The position numbers and the translations under genes are program-made. A stretch of DNA of 62,160 nucleotides from a bacterium (lineage in GTDB: Bacteria; Bacillota_I; Bacilli_A; RF39; UBA660), in the NCBI GenBank assembly GCA_029007115.1, contig JAQXHG010000048.1, positions 1-62,160 of the forward strand, written 5' to 3'. Of this stretch, positions 17,501 through 25,941 are shown piece after piece (position 1 is the first letter of the stretch; every line of letters starts with the position of its first letter). The notes beneath the pieces are model-generated. The model made no database searches, was not told the origin of the DNA, and saw only the letters and a program-made list of their open reading frames with translations.

Positions 17501-19030
17501 TATAATAAAGCAACTACAACAAAAGAAAAGAATCAGTTATTATATTCAATATATAATTGTAATTTATATACGACAGAAGAGATAAGACAAAAGATAACGG
17601 AAGGAAAATTAAAGAATATAATAAATGAGAATCCAACAACATATCAATCATTAAATGGCTATGCAGAACCAGCAATGATAGAATATAAATATAATACTAG
17701 CGATGGAAATATAACAATAGTAAATAATTATGGAACAACAAAAGATTATTTATTAGCGCAAGAGGGATGTACAAGTTTAGGATTAAATCAAACTGATTGT
17801 GCAGCGTACTTCTTAAATTATTATTCAGATGATTATTATAATATTGATAGTCCAGATAACTTAGGAATAACATTAGATTTTGAACATGGACTAGTAAATT
17901 CAAATTTAAATGAGACTATATATTGTTCAGGAGAGTCATGTTATAAATTAAAAGGAAAAGATGGTAAATATTACTATAATCCAAATGCAAAAAATAAAAA
18001 TGATTATACAACAGTAGATAATATATATGATGGTTCTGGAAATATAGTTAGATATGAAAGTGGAAAAATACTAAGTTATCAAGAATGGGGATTAAATTAT
18101 AAAGAGTATGATAAAAATAGCACTAATTATATAACAACTAAGATAGATGGAAATGAAGTTCCTAAAAATGAATATGCATCATTTATAGTAGTAACAGAGA
18201 CAGGATTTTATAATAAACAGAAATACTATTCAGATAGTTATAGCGGAATAATAAGAAATGAACCAAATCAGGATGCAACAATAAAATCAGTAGAGTTAGA
18301 TAAAAATATATTCCCATTACATTTAGATAAACAAACAGGAACATATGAGATAAGCCATACATTTAATAGTATAAGAACAGCATATAAGAGAAGTACATAT
18401 TATACAGAAAAGAATTATTCATTATTTGATAAGATAGATAATAAGCCCGGAACTGTAAACTTCATATGCGAATATGATGTATATAATACAACAACTAAAT
18501 ATGAATGTGAGTCTGGTAATTGTAAGAGAGAATTAGGGTTTATTTATAGAGCAGTTGATTTAAATGATGTATTTGAGTCAGTTACAAATGAGTCAAGACA
18601 ATATCCAGAAAACTGGGCAACATCATTTGCTCAGACAACTCTAAATCAAATACAAGCTAGTTCTCAAAATATTTTAGAACAAGATAAAAATAATGATGAT
18701 AATGATAGTTACTTAGAATATAGTTATACATTAACTCCAGATGGAATAAAAAGAATAAAAGAGTATAATAAAACAAAATTAATAGATGGTGGATACTTAG
18801 ATACTTCTACATATGGATGTCAATATGATGAAGAAGAAGGAATTTTCTATAATTGTAAAAGTAAATTCTTATTAGAGTTAGAATCATTAAATGGAAAGTA
18901 TGATGGTTTAATTACAGTAAATAAAAATGATGGTGTGTCAGAATTTTGTTCAAATACACATAATGAAGACAAGGATTATTGTAAGTATCAACAAAAATAT
19001 GAAACTATTGATTTATCAGGAGGTGAATAA
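14519..19030 (+). CDS. Giant (1,503 aa) cysteine-rich extracytoplasmic protein with an N-terminal hydrophobic anchor/signal, no recognisable family; operon gene 2
   Basis: Uninterrupted 4.5-kb frame in DNA where stop codons are otherwise frequent. AAGGAGGG lies 8 nt upstream, inside gene 1, and the start overlaps the gene 1 stop by 11 nt. About 43 Cys by manual count. Confidence 0.75.
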   Translation: MQNKITKIITIIIVFTLFVSTIDALDVGTKVRIEKDGNTYVVVSVEDASDRCPIVDNPDEPDAFKVKSSYFDTIGYTYENTCQQGGQVCTETWTQAVKDKTIFDAINSAYGNNGANSESTAEDSNTTVGAVGDKNDTSLSTISDKYVSFNKSKYNVVKVYTSYQDYLNSIGNEYYSPDGTDDILYGDYPVVSDTSYFTTNGGIAAAAAKLKNYGYRVVYFDECVGQKARKCQKWIPPECTSWGETKTGVPYCVSSSPGYYDKITNYGLSVTKTMWPSEENVDKVTLEDFFEREVEDPPACSGGYTQVGEVSNYGHCGEAWYRAKTKTCKWVCTKSGPSKVEVYGTRLVIDDVDAYCVTPSAGYNKSYAWDTTFDASKCKNSLQMYKIKDGKSVAEYDIDCGYAYILAEANRLNNIIKEQTGKENYFSYGAIDFAMKLFGTGITGNGTDLGTITGKEYLQSGGYYTRYYGYSGSYEYVGIPWIRDGIDRSSWPSIYRYFLPDFYSIYIRTARVARSYLRGNYRLADVGNVEKSNINGNALTETIVKDGKSVEMVIDPFEYLLPRECKVTFDDCTQSDTELSYNDKYSQSTLDLFIPMDDKTLDYLQDAGKNTTQCKNQSGLGVLCGLKNEKGNAEYIKSLYLYIRALQGNELRFEEKVEESIEQYIPVDGLTKVLYEVGEDGEANAIIRYAIDTRITTELISGEKEVDCDWTNEETKNQCVAQIFVYNSNGQLISQSDHYDYCKKNYCYYKVDSKKICKEEGVNTKITSIVVTPSSLKSTTVKKIDNGIKGQQTIFVYDVNSKLTGSFCQLIEAVQENTTVQCPCNSKEQPNLVEPTGNISGTNYCSKNYNAYDELFYGDPSISTIINACYEEDKLKYDFTDDLNANGNDIMYQAELESRYSFQKQSDDFGVCKLYCRDETRFYIGNKLSVKAGQNLRYDIGQTLIDKKIINETAKDKGNLDGKDRNTQHNYMPSVVLQLRECTSEIDYKKWETLYNKATTTKEKNQLLYSIYNCNLYTTEEIRQKITEGKLKNIINENPTTYQSLNGYAEPAMIEYKYNTSDGNITIVNNYGTTKDYLLAQEGCTSLGLNQTDCAAYFLNYYSDDYYNIDSPDNLGITLDFEHGLVNSNLNETIYCSGESCYKLKGKDGKYYYNPNAKNKNDYTTVDNIYDGSGNIVRYESGKILSYQEWGLNYKEYDKNSTNYITTKIDGNEVPKNEYASFIVVTETGFYNKQKYYSDSYSGIIRNEPNQDATIKSVELDKNIFPLHLDKQTGTYEISHTFNSIRTAYKRSTYYTEKNYSLFDKIDNKPGTVNFICEYDVYNTTTKYECESGNCKRELGFIYRAVDLNDVFESVTNESRQYPENWATSFAQTTLNQIQASSQNILEQDKNNDDNDSYLEYSYTLTPDGIKRIKEYNKTKLIDGGYLDTSTYGCQYDEEEGIFYNCKSKFLLELESLNGKYDGLITVNKNDGVSEFCSNTHNEDKDYCKYQQKYETIDLSGGE

Positions 19031-19804
19031 GTGAAAGAGTCTGCATGGGGATATTTAATAATATTATTAGGTGTATCAATAATAGCAATAATGTTATTAA
19101 TACAAAATTTAACAACAACAAGTGAAGAAAATTTTTACTTGACTAGAGAAGTATTAGAAGCGTCAATGTATGATGCTGTAGATTATGGAACTTATGCAAA
19201 GAGTGGAAAATTAGTTATGTCAGAGCAAAAGTTTGTAGAGGTATTCTTAAGAAGATTTTCAGAAAGTGTAACAAATAATAGAACATATAATATAAATTTT
19301 TATGATATACATGAATATCCACCAAAAGCTACAGTGTTAATAACTACAGATACGGGGGAAACAACAGTATCATCAGATACAGTAAATATAAATGTTAATA
19401 CATATTTAAATGCAATATTAGAGACAGTATCTGTATATAATGAAAAAATGATAATATCAAAATTGACGGAAACTTATACAAAAGATGGAGTATTGGTTGA
19501 AAGTTTAAAATGTGGTGAGGAAGTAATAACTAATTTTCAGTTTTTGGCAGATAATGATCCTTGTGGATTATATAAGAATATAGGAACAGATGATGCAGGT
19601 AATGAAAAGATAATATTTTCAAGAAATGCAGGATCAGATAAAACAGAAGAATATTGTAATGTAAGAATAGAAACAGAAGGTTTGCAAGGACAAAAGAATA
19701 TAAGAGAATATATAGTTAGAAAATCATCTTTAGTAAAACCAGAAGATTGGAATGATTTGGCAACTCCAGCATATACAAATAGATATTGCAACATTTCAAA
19801 TTAA
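19031..19804 (+). CDS. N-terminally anchored ectoprotein, function unknown; operon gene 3
   Basis: The GTG start falls on the base after the gene 2 TAA, with GGAGG 7 nt upstream. N-terminal TM (WGYLIILLGVSIIAIMLLI) and four ectodomain Cys. Confidence 0.6.
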   Translation: MKESAWGYLIILLGVSIIAIMLLIQNLTTTSEENFYLTREVLEASMYDAVDYGTYAKSGKLVMSEQKFVEVFLRRFSESVTNNRTYNINFYDIHEYPPKATVLITTDTGETTVSSDTVNINVNTYLNAILETVSVYNEKMIISKLTETYTKDGVLVESLKCGEEVITNFQFLADNDPCGLYKNIGTDDAGNEKIIFSRNAGSDKTEEYCNVRIETEGLQGQKNIREYIVRKSSLVKPEDWNDLATPAYTNRYCNISN

Positions 19805-19810
19805 ATATTA

Positions 19811-19846
19811 ACCTTATTTCTTAGTAATTTTAAGAAATAAGGTTTT
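19811..19846 (+). terminator. Terminator of the three-gene operon
   Basis: 13-bp stem ACCTTATTTCTTA / TAAGAAATAAGGT followed by a T run. Confidence 0.8.
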
Positions 19847-19936
19847 ATTATGAAATAAAATAAACTTGTTTTTATTTTACTTTGAATATATAATATTATT
19901 GTTATAAATTTAGATATTTATAAATTGGAGGTAAAT

Positions 19937-20656
19937 ATGTTAGAACTAAAAAATATATGTTTTACTCGTGAAGGTAAAAAAATATTAGATAATGTTAGTC
20001 TAACTTTAGATGAAGATAAATTTTATGTTATTACAGGACCTAATGGTAGTGGTAAATCTACTCTTGCTAAAATAATAATGGGTATTGAAAAACAAGATAG
20101 TGGAGAAATTTTATATAATAATGAAGATATAACTCATTTAAGTATAGATGAAAGAGCTAATTTAGGAATATCTTATTCATTTCAACAACCAGTTAAGTTT
20201 AAAGGAATAACTGTTTATGATTTAGTATGTCTTGCATCAAAAAAATTTTTAACTAAAGAAGATGTGTGTCAAATATTAACTAAAATAGGATTATGCACTA
20301 ATGAATATATAAATAGAGAGGTAAATGATTCTTTATCTGGGGGAGAACTTAAAAGAATAGAAATAGCAAGTGTGTCTGTTCGTGATAGTAAACTTACTAT
20401 ATTTGATGAACCAGAAGCTGGCATTGATTTATGGAGTTTTGATAATTTAATTGAATTATTTAAAGATATTAGAAAGAATACTAATGGAAGTACAATAATA
20501 ATATCACATCAAGAAAAGATATTTGATATAGCAGATAAAATAATATTATTAAAAAATGGAAAGATAGAAAAAATTGGAAACAAGGAAGATGTAATAGGTA
20601 GCTTTAATAATAAAAGAAAAAAGTGTTGTCATGAGGGGTGTATAAATAATGAATAA
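19937..20656 (+). CDS. sufC: SufC-like Fe-S assembly ABC ATPase
   Basis: Walker A GPNGSGKST, LSGGE signature, Walker B IFDEPEAGID, and the SufC-like segment SIDERANLGISYSFQQP. Start moved to ATG 19937, behind GGAGG. Confidence 0.7.
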   Translation: MLELKNICFTREGKKILDNVSLTLDEDKFYVITGPNGSGKSTLAKIIMGIEKQDSGEILYNNEDITHLSIDERANLGISYSFQQPVKFKGITVYDLVCLASKKFLTKEDVCQILTKIGLCTNEYINREVNDSLSGGELKRIEIASVSVRDSKLTIFDEPEAGIDLWSFDNLIELFKDIRKNTNGSTIIISHQEKIFDIADKIILLKNGKIEKIGNKEDVIGSFNNKRKKCCHEGCINNE

Positions 20657-21563
20657 TATAGATAATGAATTATTAAAAACAATTAGTGGTACATTTTCAT
20701 ATACTGGTGCTTATAATATAAGAAAAAATGGAGAATCTATTGATAGACAGACAACACCAAATATAGATATAGTATCAAAGAAAGATAAATCTGGTTTAGA
20801 TATATATATCAAAGATAATACAACAAATGAATCATTAGATATTCCTGTATTAATAAGTAATGCTGGTATAAAAGATGTTGTATATAATGATTTTTTTATT
20901 GGAGATAATGTTGATATTACAATAGTTGCTGGGTGCGGTATTCATAGTGAATTAGAAGAAGATTCAGAGCATGATGGTATTCATAGATTTTATATTGGGA
21001 AGAATTCTTGTGTTAAATATATTGAAAAACACTATGCAGAAGGATTTGGACTTGGTAAAAAAATAATTAGTCCTGTTACTGAGATTTACATGAAAGATGG
21101 AAGTAGTATGGAAATGGAAACTTCTCAGATAAGGGGAATTGATGATGCGATTAGAACAACTAAAGCTAAACTTGATAATGATACAAAACTTGTTATAAAT
21201 GAGAAAATAATGACTCATGAAAATCAAAAAGCAAAGACTGTATTTGAAGTTGTTTTAAATGGTAAAAATTCTAGTTCTAAAGTTACTTCTCGTAGTGTAG
21301 CAATAGATAAATCAAAACAGTATTTTATATCTAAAGTAACTGGAAATAATGAGTGTTTTGGTCATGTTGAATGTGATGCGATAGTAAAAGATAATGCTCG
21401 TGTTACATCTACACCAAAAATAGTTGCAAATAATATTAATGCATCTTTAGTTCATGAAGCAACTATTGGAAAGATTGCTAAGGAACAATTAGTTAAGTTA
21501 ATGACTCTTGGTCTTTCAAAAGAAAGAGCAGAAGAAACAATTATTAATGGTTTTCTAAATTAA
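20649..21563 (+). CDS. SufB/SufD-family protein (short, SufD-like)
   Basis: The C-terminal block SRSV....G.VECDAI...A.V.S.P.I......ASLVHEATIGKI..EQL.YLM.RGLS..EA matches the SufBD beta-helix domain. It overlaps sufC by 8 nt. Confidence 0.7.
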   Translation: MNNIDNELLKTISGTFSYTGAYNIRKNGESIDRQTTPNIDIVSKKDKSGLDIYIKDNTTNESLDIPVLISNAGIKDVVYNDFFIGDNVDITIVAGCGIHSELEEDSEHDGIHRFYIGKNSCVKYIEKHYAEGFGLGKKIISPVTEIYMKDGSSMEMETSQIRGIDDAIRTTKAKLDNDTKLVINEKIMTHENQKAKTVFEVVLNGKNSSSKVTSRSVAIDKSKQYFISKVTGNNECFGHVECDAIVKDNARVTSTPKIVANNINASLVHEATIGKIAKEQLVKLMTLGLSKERAEETIINGFLN

Positions 21564-21620
21564 AAAAATATGATAAAATAATATATAACACTATATATTT
21601 AAATGAGGTGATAAAAGTTA

Positions 21621-24600
21621 ATGCTTAAACTAGATAATATTACAAAAGTATATGAAGTAGGTGAAATGAAACAAGTGGCTCTTAACGGAGTTTCTTTATC
21701 GTTTAGAAAAAATGAATTTGCATCTATTTTAGGACCATCTGGAAGTGGTAAGACAACACTTTTAAACATTATTGGTGGTTTAGATAAATATACTAGTGGT
21801 GATTTAATAATAAACAATGTATCAACAAAGGAATATAAAGATTCTGATTGGGATTCATATAGAAATCATAAGATTGGTTTTGTATTTCAGAGTTACAATT
21901 TAATATCTCATCAAACAGTTTTGCAAAATGTTGTACTCGCACTAACATTATCTGGAATATCTAAAAAAGAAGGAATTGAGAGAGCAAAACAAGCTTTAAT
22001 AGATGTCGGTCTTGAAGATCATATTTATAAAAGACCTAATCAATTATCCGGTGGTCAAATGCAAAGAGTTGCGATTGCAAGAGCTTTAGTAAATAATCCG
22101 GATATATTACTTGCTGATGAACCAACAGGAGCACTTGATTCAGAAACAAGTGTACAAATAATGAAGTTATTGAAAGATATTTCTAAAAATAAATTAGTCA
22201 TTATGGTCACACATAATCCTTCACTAGCAGAGAAATATTCAAATAGAATTATTAATTTAATAGATGGGAAAATTATTTCTGATACAAATCCATATAAGGA
22301 AAAAAAGGAAAAGGAAGCAACTGGTTATATAAAAACCAAAAAAACTTTTATGTCATTTATAACTGCTCTTAGTTTATCTTTTAATAATCTAATGACTAAA
22401 AAAGGAAGAACTGTTTTAGTATCTGTAGCTGGTTCAATTGGAATAATTGGCATTGCATTAATAATGTCACTATCTAATGGATTTCAAAATTATATAGATA
22501 AAATACAAGAAGAAACTTTATCGTCATATCCACTTACTATAACTAGTGAAACAGCAGATATGACAAGTATGTTACTTTCTATGGTTAGTGGTGATTCAAC
22601 TAATGATAATACTAATAAGGTTATCGAAAAACAATATGTATCATCTATGTTTTCAAATATAGCAACTAATGATTTAAGAAGTTTTAAATATCATTTAGAA
22701 CAAAATGAAGATAAAATAAAAAATGATGTATCATCAATTAAATATTCTTATAGTATAGACCCTACTATTTACACAAAAGAAAAGAATGGTGATATTACTA
22801 AGGTAAATCCAAATACATTATTTACATCAATGTTTTCAAGCAATATAATGAGTAGTTATTCAAATTATTCAAGTATATTTAGTCAAATGACGGATGATAT
22901 TGATGCATTAAATGAACAATTTGATGTACTTGCTGGCTCTTGGCCAAAAAAGTATAACGAACTAGTAATTGTATTATCAGAACCAAATGCTATTCCAGAT
23001 TTGCTTGTATATTTTTTAGGTCTTAGAGATATGGATGAACTTACTGATACAATCACTAAACTGATGTCTGGTGAAGAAGTAAATTTAAATAACAAACCGC
23101 TTGAATTAACATATGATGAATTAATGGATATAGAATTAAAATTAATACATCCAAGTAATTTATATAAATACAATAGTAAATATGAAATATATGAAGATAT
23201 GTCTGAAGACATAGATTATGTAAAAAAGCTATATGATAAAGCAACAAGGCTTAAAATAGTAGGAGTAGTTGCACCTAAAAAAGGTAGTACATCTATGATT
23301 CTTACTCAAGGTGTTGCTTATACAAAAGATTTAATTGATTATATAATAGAAGAATCCAAAAAAAGTGAAATAGTTAAGAAACAACTTAATAATAAGGACA
23401 TTGATGTTTTTTCAAATTTAAGATTTGATGAAGAAAAAGAAAAAGATACTCTTAATTTTGAAGATATGATTAGTGTCGATGAGGATATGTTAAAAAGTGC
23501 ATTTAATATTAATATTGATAGTAAAACACTTGAAAATAAAACTAAATCATATATGCAAAACATTCAAAATAGTATAACTACTAATACTAATCCTGCTTAT
23601 GAAAATTTGAAATTAACATTAGAAACTCTTGCTAAGAATATACTTAATAATTATATTGAAAATCCAAAGGAAACATTTACTCATCCATTAGATTCAAGTG
23701 TAATTTTACCTCTTATTCATATTAATATCGTAGATAGTTATGTTAGTGAATATATGAGTAGTGATAAAGCAACAGCGTTAATTAAAAGTTTAGAGAGTAA
23801 ATATGTGATTCCATCAAGTGTATATAATGAAACTTTTTCTGCGATGTTATCAAGTATGATAAAGGGATATATAACATCTTATAATGAATTGGATTCATCA
23901 CAAACAACAGATAATGATAATATGGGTGCTTTAATTACCAGTGAATCAGTTGATATAACTGTAAGCAATTTTATGTCACAATCTGCAGTTTTAGGAGTGC
24001 TAGATAATTTATCTTCTAAAATGACTGAGGCCGTAATGCAAAAAACTATACTTACTGATGTTGGTAATTTAACACAAGAAATAATAAATAGTTTTTCAAA
24101 TGCATTTGATGTAGATCCGGATAAAATATCTAAAGCATTTAAATTCGATTTAAGTGAGTCTGAACTAAGAAGAATAATGGAAGCAATGATGAATACTGAA
24201 GAGAAGAATACTCAAAAGTCAAATTTAATAAAACTTGGATATCAGGATAAAGATGATCCTACATCAATATCAGTATATTTTAAGAGTTTTGATTCTAAAG
24301 AAAATTTTATTGATTTTATAGATAAATATAATGATAATGCAACTAAAAATAATGAAGAAGATAAAGTACTTAGATATACAGATATTACTGGAATACTTAT
24401 GGGTTCTGTTAAAAAGGTAATTAATAGTATTAGTTATGTACTTATTGCATTTGTTTCAATATCTCTTGTAGTGTCTTCAATAATGATTGGAATTATTACA
24501 TATATATCTGTATTTGAAAGAACAAAAGAGATTGGTATATTAAGAGCAATTGGTGCTTCTAAAAGAAATATTTCTTCTATATTTAATGCAGAAACATTTA

Positions 24601-24833
24601 TTATAGGTTTGTTATCTGGATTATTTGGAGTTGGTGTAACATTATCATTAATACCAATAATAAATCTTATAATTCATTCTCTTACTGGTAATTATAATAT
24701 AAATGCTTCTCTTCCACTTTTGGGTGGTATAGTTCTTATAATACTTAGTGTAATATTAACTTTAATTGGTGGTATTATTCCGTCAAAAGCAGCTTCTAAA
24801 AAAGATCCTGTTATTGCGCTTAGAACAGAATAG
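21621..24833 (+). CDS. Fused MacB-type ABC transporter: ATPase + FtsX-family permease with a very large extracytoplasmic domain
   Basis: The N-terminal LolD/MacB-like NBD has GPSGSGKTT, LSGGQMQRVAIARAL and LLADEPTGALD. A TM follows near residue 265, then about 650 hydrophilic residues, then a C-terminal FtsX-type helix bundle (ERTKEIGILRAIGASK). Confidence 0.8.
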   Translation: MLKLDNITKVYEVGEMKQVALNGVSLSFRKNEFASILGPSGSGKTTLLNIIGGLDKYTSGDLIINNVSTKEYKDSDWDSYRNHKIGFVFQSYNLISHQTVLQNVVLALTLSGISKKEGIERAKQALIDVGLEDHIYKRPNQLSGGQMQRVAIARALVNNPDILLADEPTGALDSETSVQIMKLLKDISKNKLVIMVTHNPSLAEKYSNRIINLIDGKIISDTNPYKEKKEKEATGYIKTKKTFMSFITALSLSFNNLMTKKGRTVLVSVAGSIGIIGIALIMSLSNGFQNYIDKIQEETLSSYPLTITSETADMTSMLLSMVSGDSTNDNTNKVIEKQYVSSMFSNIATNDLRSFKYHLEQNEDKIKNDVSSIKYSYSIDPTIYTKEKNGDITKVNPNTLFTSMFSSNIMSSYSNYSSIFSQMTDDIDALNEQFDVLAGSWPKKYNELVIVLSEPNAIPDLLVYFLGLRDMDELTDTITKLMSGEEVNLNNKPLELTYDELMDIELKLIHPSNLYKYNSKYEIYEDMSEDIDYVKKLYDKATRLKIVGVVAPKKGSTSMILTQGVAYTKDLIDYIIEESKKSEIVKKQLNNKDIDVFSNLRFDEEKEKDTLNFEDMISVDEDMLKSAFNINIDSKTLENKTKSYMQNIQNSITTNTNPAYENLKLTLETLAKNILNNYIENPKETFTHPLDSSVILPLIHINIVDSYVSEYMSSDKATALIKSLESKYVIPSSVYNETFSAMLSSMIKGYITSYNELDSSQTTDNDNMGALITSESVDITVSNFMSQSAVLGVLDNLSSKMTEAVMQKTILTDVGNLTQEIINSFSNAFDVDPDKISKAFKFDLSESELRRIMEAMMNTEEKNTQKSNLIKLGYQDKDDPTSISVYFKSFDSKENFIDFIDKYNDNATKNNEEDKVLRYTDITGILMGSVKKVINSISYVLIAFVSISLVVSSIMIGIITYISVFERTKEIGILRAIGASKRNISSIFNAETFIIGLLSGLFGVGVTLSLIPIINLIIHSLTGNYNINASLPLLGGIVLIILSVILTLIGGIIPSKAASKKDPVIALRTE

Positions 24834-24850
24834 ATTTTAATAATAAGTAA

Positions 24851-24876
24851 AACTTCATTAATTTGAAGTTTTTTCT
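24851..24876 (+). terminator. Rho-independent terminator
   Basis: AAACTTCA-loop-TGAAGTTT followed by T run. Confidence 0.7.
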
Positions 24877-24945
24877 TACATAATAAAATGTTAAATTAAA
24901 TTAAATAACTAAACTATTAGTTTTTATTGTGTTATAATTATTTAT

Positions 24946-25494
24946 ATGGAAAGTAGTATGAGTAAAATTAGTATTAAATCTAAGAGTATTATTAAAAATA
25001 ATAGTCTTTTGTTTGCTGCTTTTGAAAATAGATTAATAGCAAGATTAGTTCATATATTTGAAAAATATAAAATACCAATAAATCAGAAAATACTTAAAAA
25101 AAATATAGAAGAGAATTTAATTAATACATTAAATAGTTATAATGAAGATATTATTGATAAATATGAAGTACTTATTGGTAAATATGAAAAAATAATTATT
25201 GAATATGTAAAGAATCATACTGATACTAAAATAATAAAAGAAGCGACAATGAATTTTATAAAGAAAATAGCTGATAAGAATAGTAGTTTTGTGAATAAAA
25301 ATATTTCTAATAATTTTATTGAATATATTAATTCTATTATATATGTTTATGATAATCATGAGTTGAATAAAGAAATAATTAATAGAATAAATACTGATAT
25401 AAATGATATAATAGATGAGTTTAATAGAAATAATTATAATTATGTTATTGAATCAGTAAATATAGTTATTAAAGGAATTATTAGTAGTATGTAG
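24946..25494 (+). CDS. Hypothetical protein (predicted helical, N/I/K-rich)
   Basis: 182-codon open frame with no motif. ATG 24958 is an alternative start. Confidence 0.4.
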   Translation: MESSMSKISIKSKSIIKNNSLLFAAFENRLIARLVHIFEKYKIPINQKILKKNIEENLINTLNSYNEDIIDKYEVLIGKYEKIIIEYVKNHTDTKIIKEATMNFIKKIADKNSSFVNKNISNNFIEYINSIIYVYDNHELNKEIINRINTDINDIIDEFNRNNYNYVIESVNIVIKGIISSM

Positions 25495-25503
25495 GAGGGT
25501 AAA

Positions 25504-25941
25504 ATGAATGATATTTACAAAAGAGTAAAAGAATTTAAAAACAGATTCCCATTAACAATGGCGTTTAGATTAGTAAAACATACAAAAGTTTTAGAAAGTC
25601 ATTTAAATCCAGGAGAAGAAATAAAATATATTTTTTGTGGTCAAAAGAATTATAATTCTTATATGCTTTGTAATACATGTGTAGTAGCACTTACAGATAG
25701 AAGAATATTAATTGCTCAAAAAAGATTACTATGGGGATATTTTTTAACTATGATAACACCAGATATGTATAATGATTTAAAAGTAACAAAAGGCTTAATT
25801 TGGAGTAATATTGAAATAGATACAATTAAAGAAACAGTATATATTTCAAATTTAGATCCAAAAGCAGCTAAAGAAATTGAATCAGAAATTACTGAATTTA
25901 TGATGAAAGAGAAAAAGAAATATGGTAAAAAAAATAATTAG
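25504..25941 (+). CDS. Bacterial PH (YokE-like) domain protein
   Basis: GGAGGG upstream. The pattern GEEI.y.f.G......CVVALTDRRILIAQKR resembles bacterial PH domains. Confidence 0.45.
   Translation: MNDIYKRVKEFKNRFPLTMAFRLVKHTKVLESHLNPGEEIKYIFCGQKNYNSYMLCNTCVVALTDRRILIAQKRLLWGYFLTMITPDMYNDLKVTKGLIWSNIEIDTIKETVYISNLDPKAAKEIESEITEFMMKEKKKYGKKNN

Noticed and set aside
14072-17903. Minus-strand ORFs inside the Cys-rich operon (14072-14314, 16350-16589, 17154-17513, 17697-17903).
   Set aside because: They have L/H/Y-rich antisense composition and no RBS. The plus-strand 4.5-kb frame is far too long to be chance.
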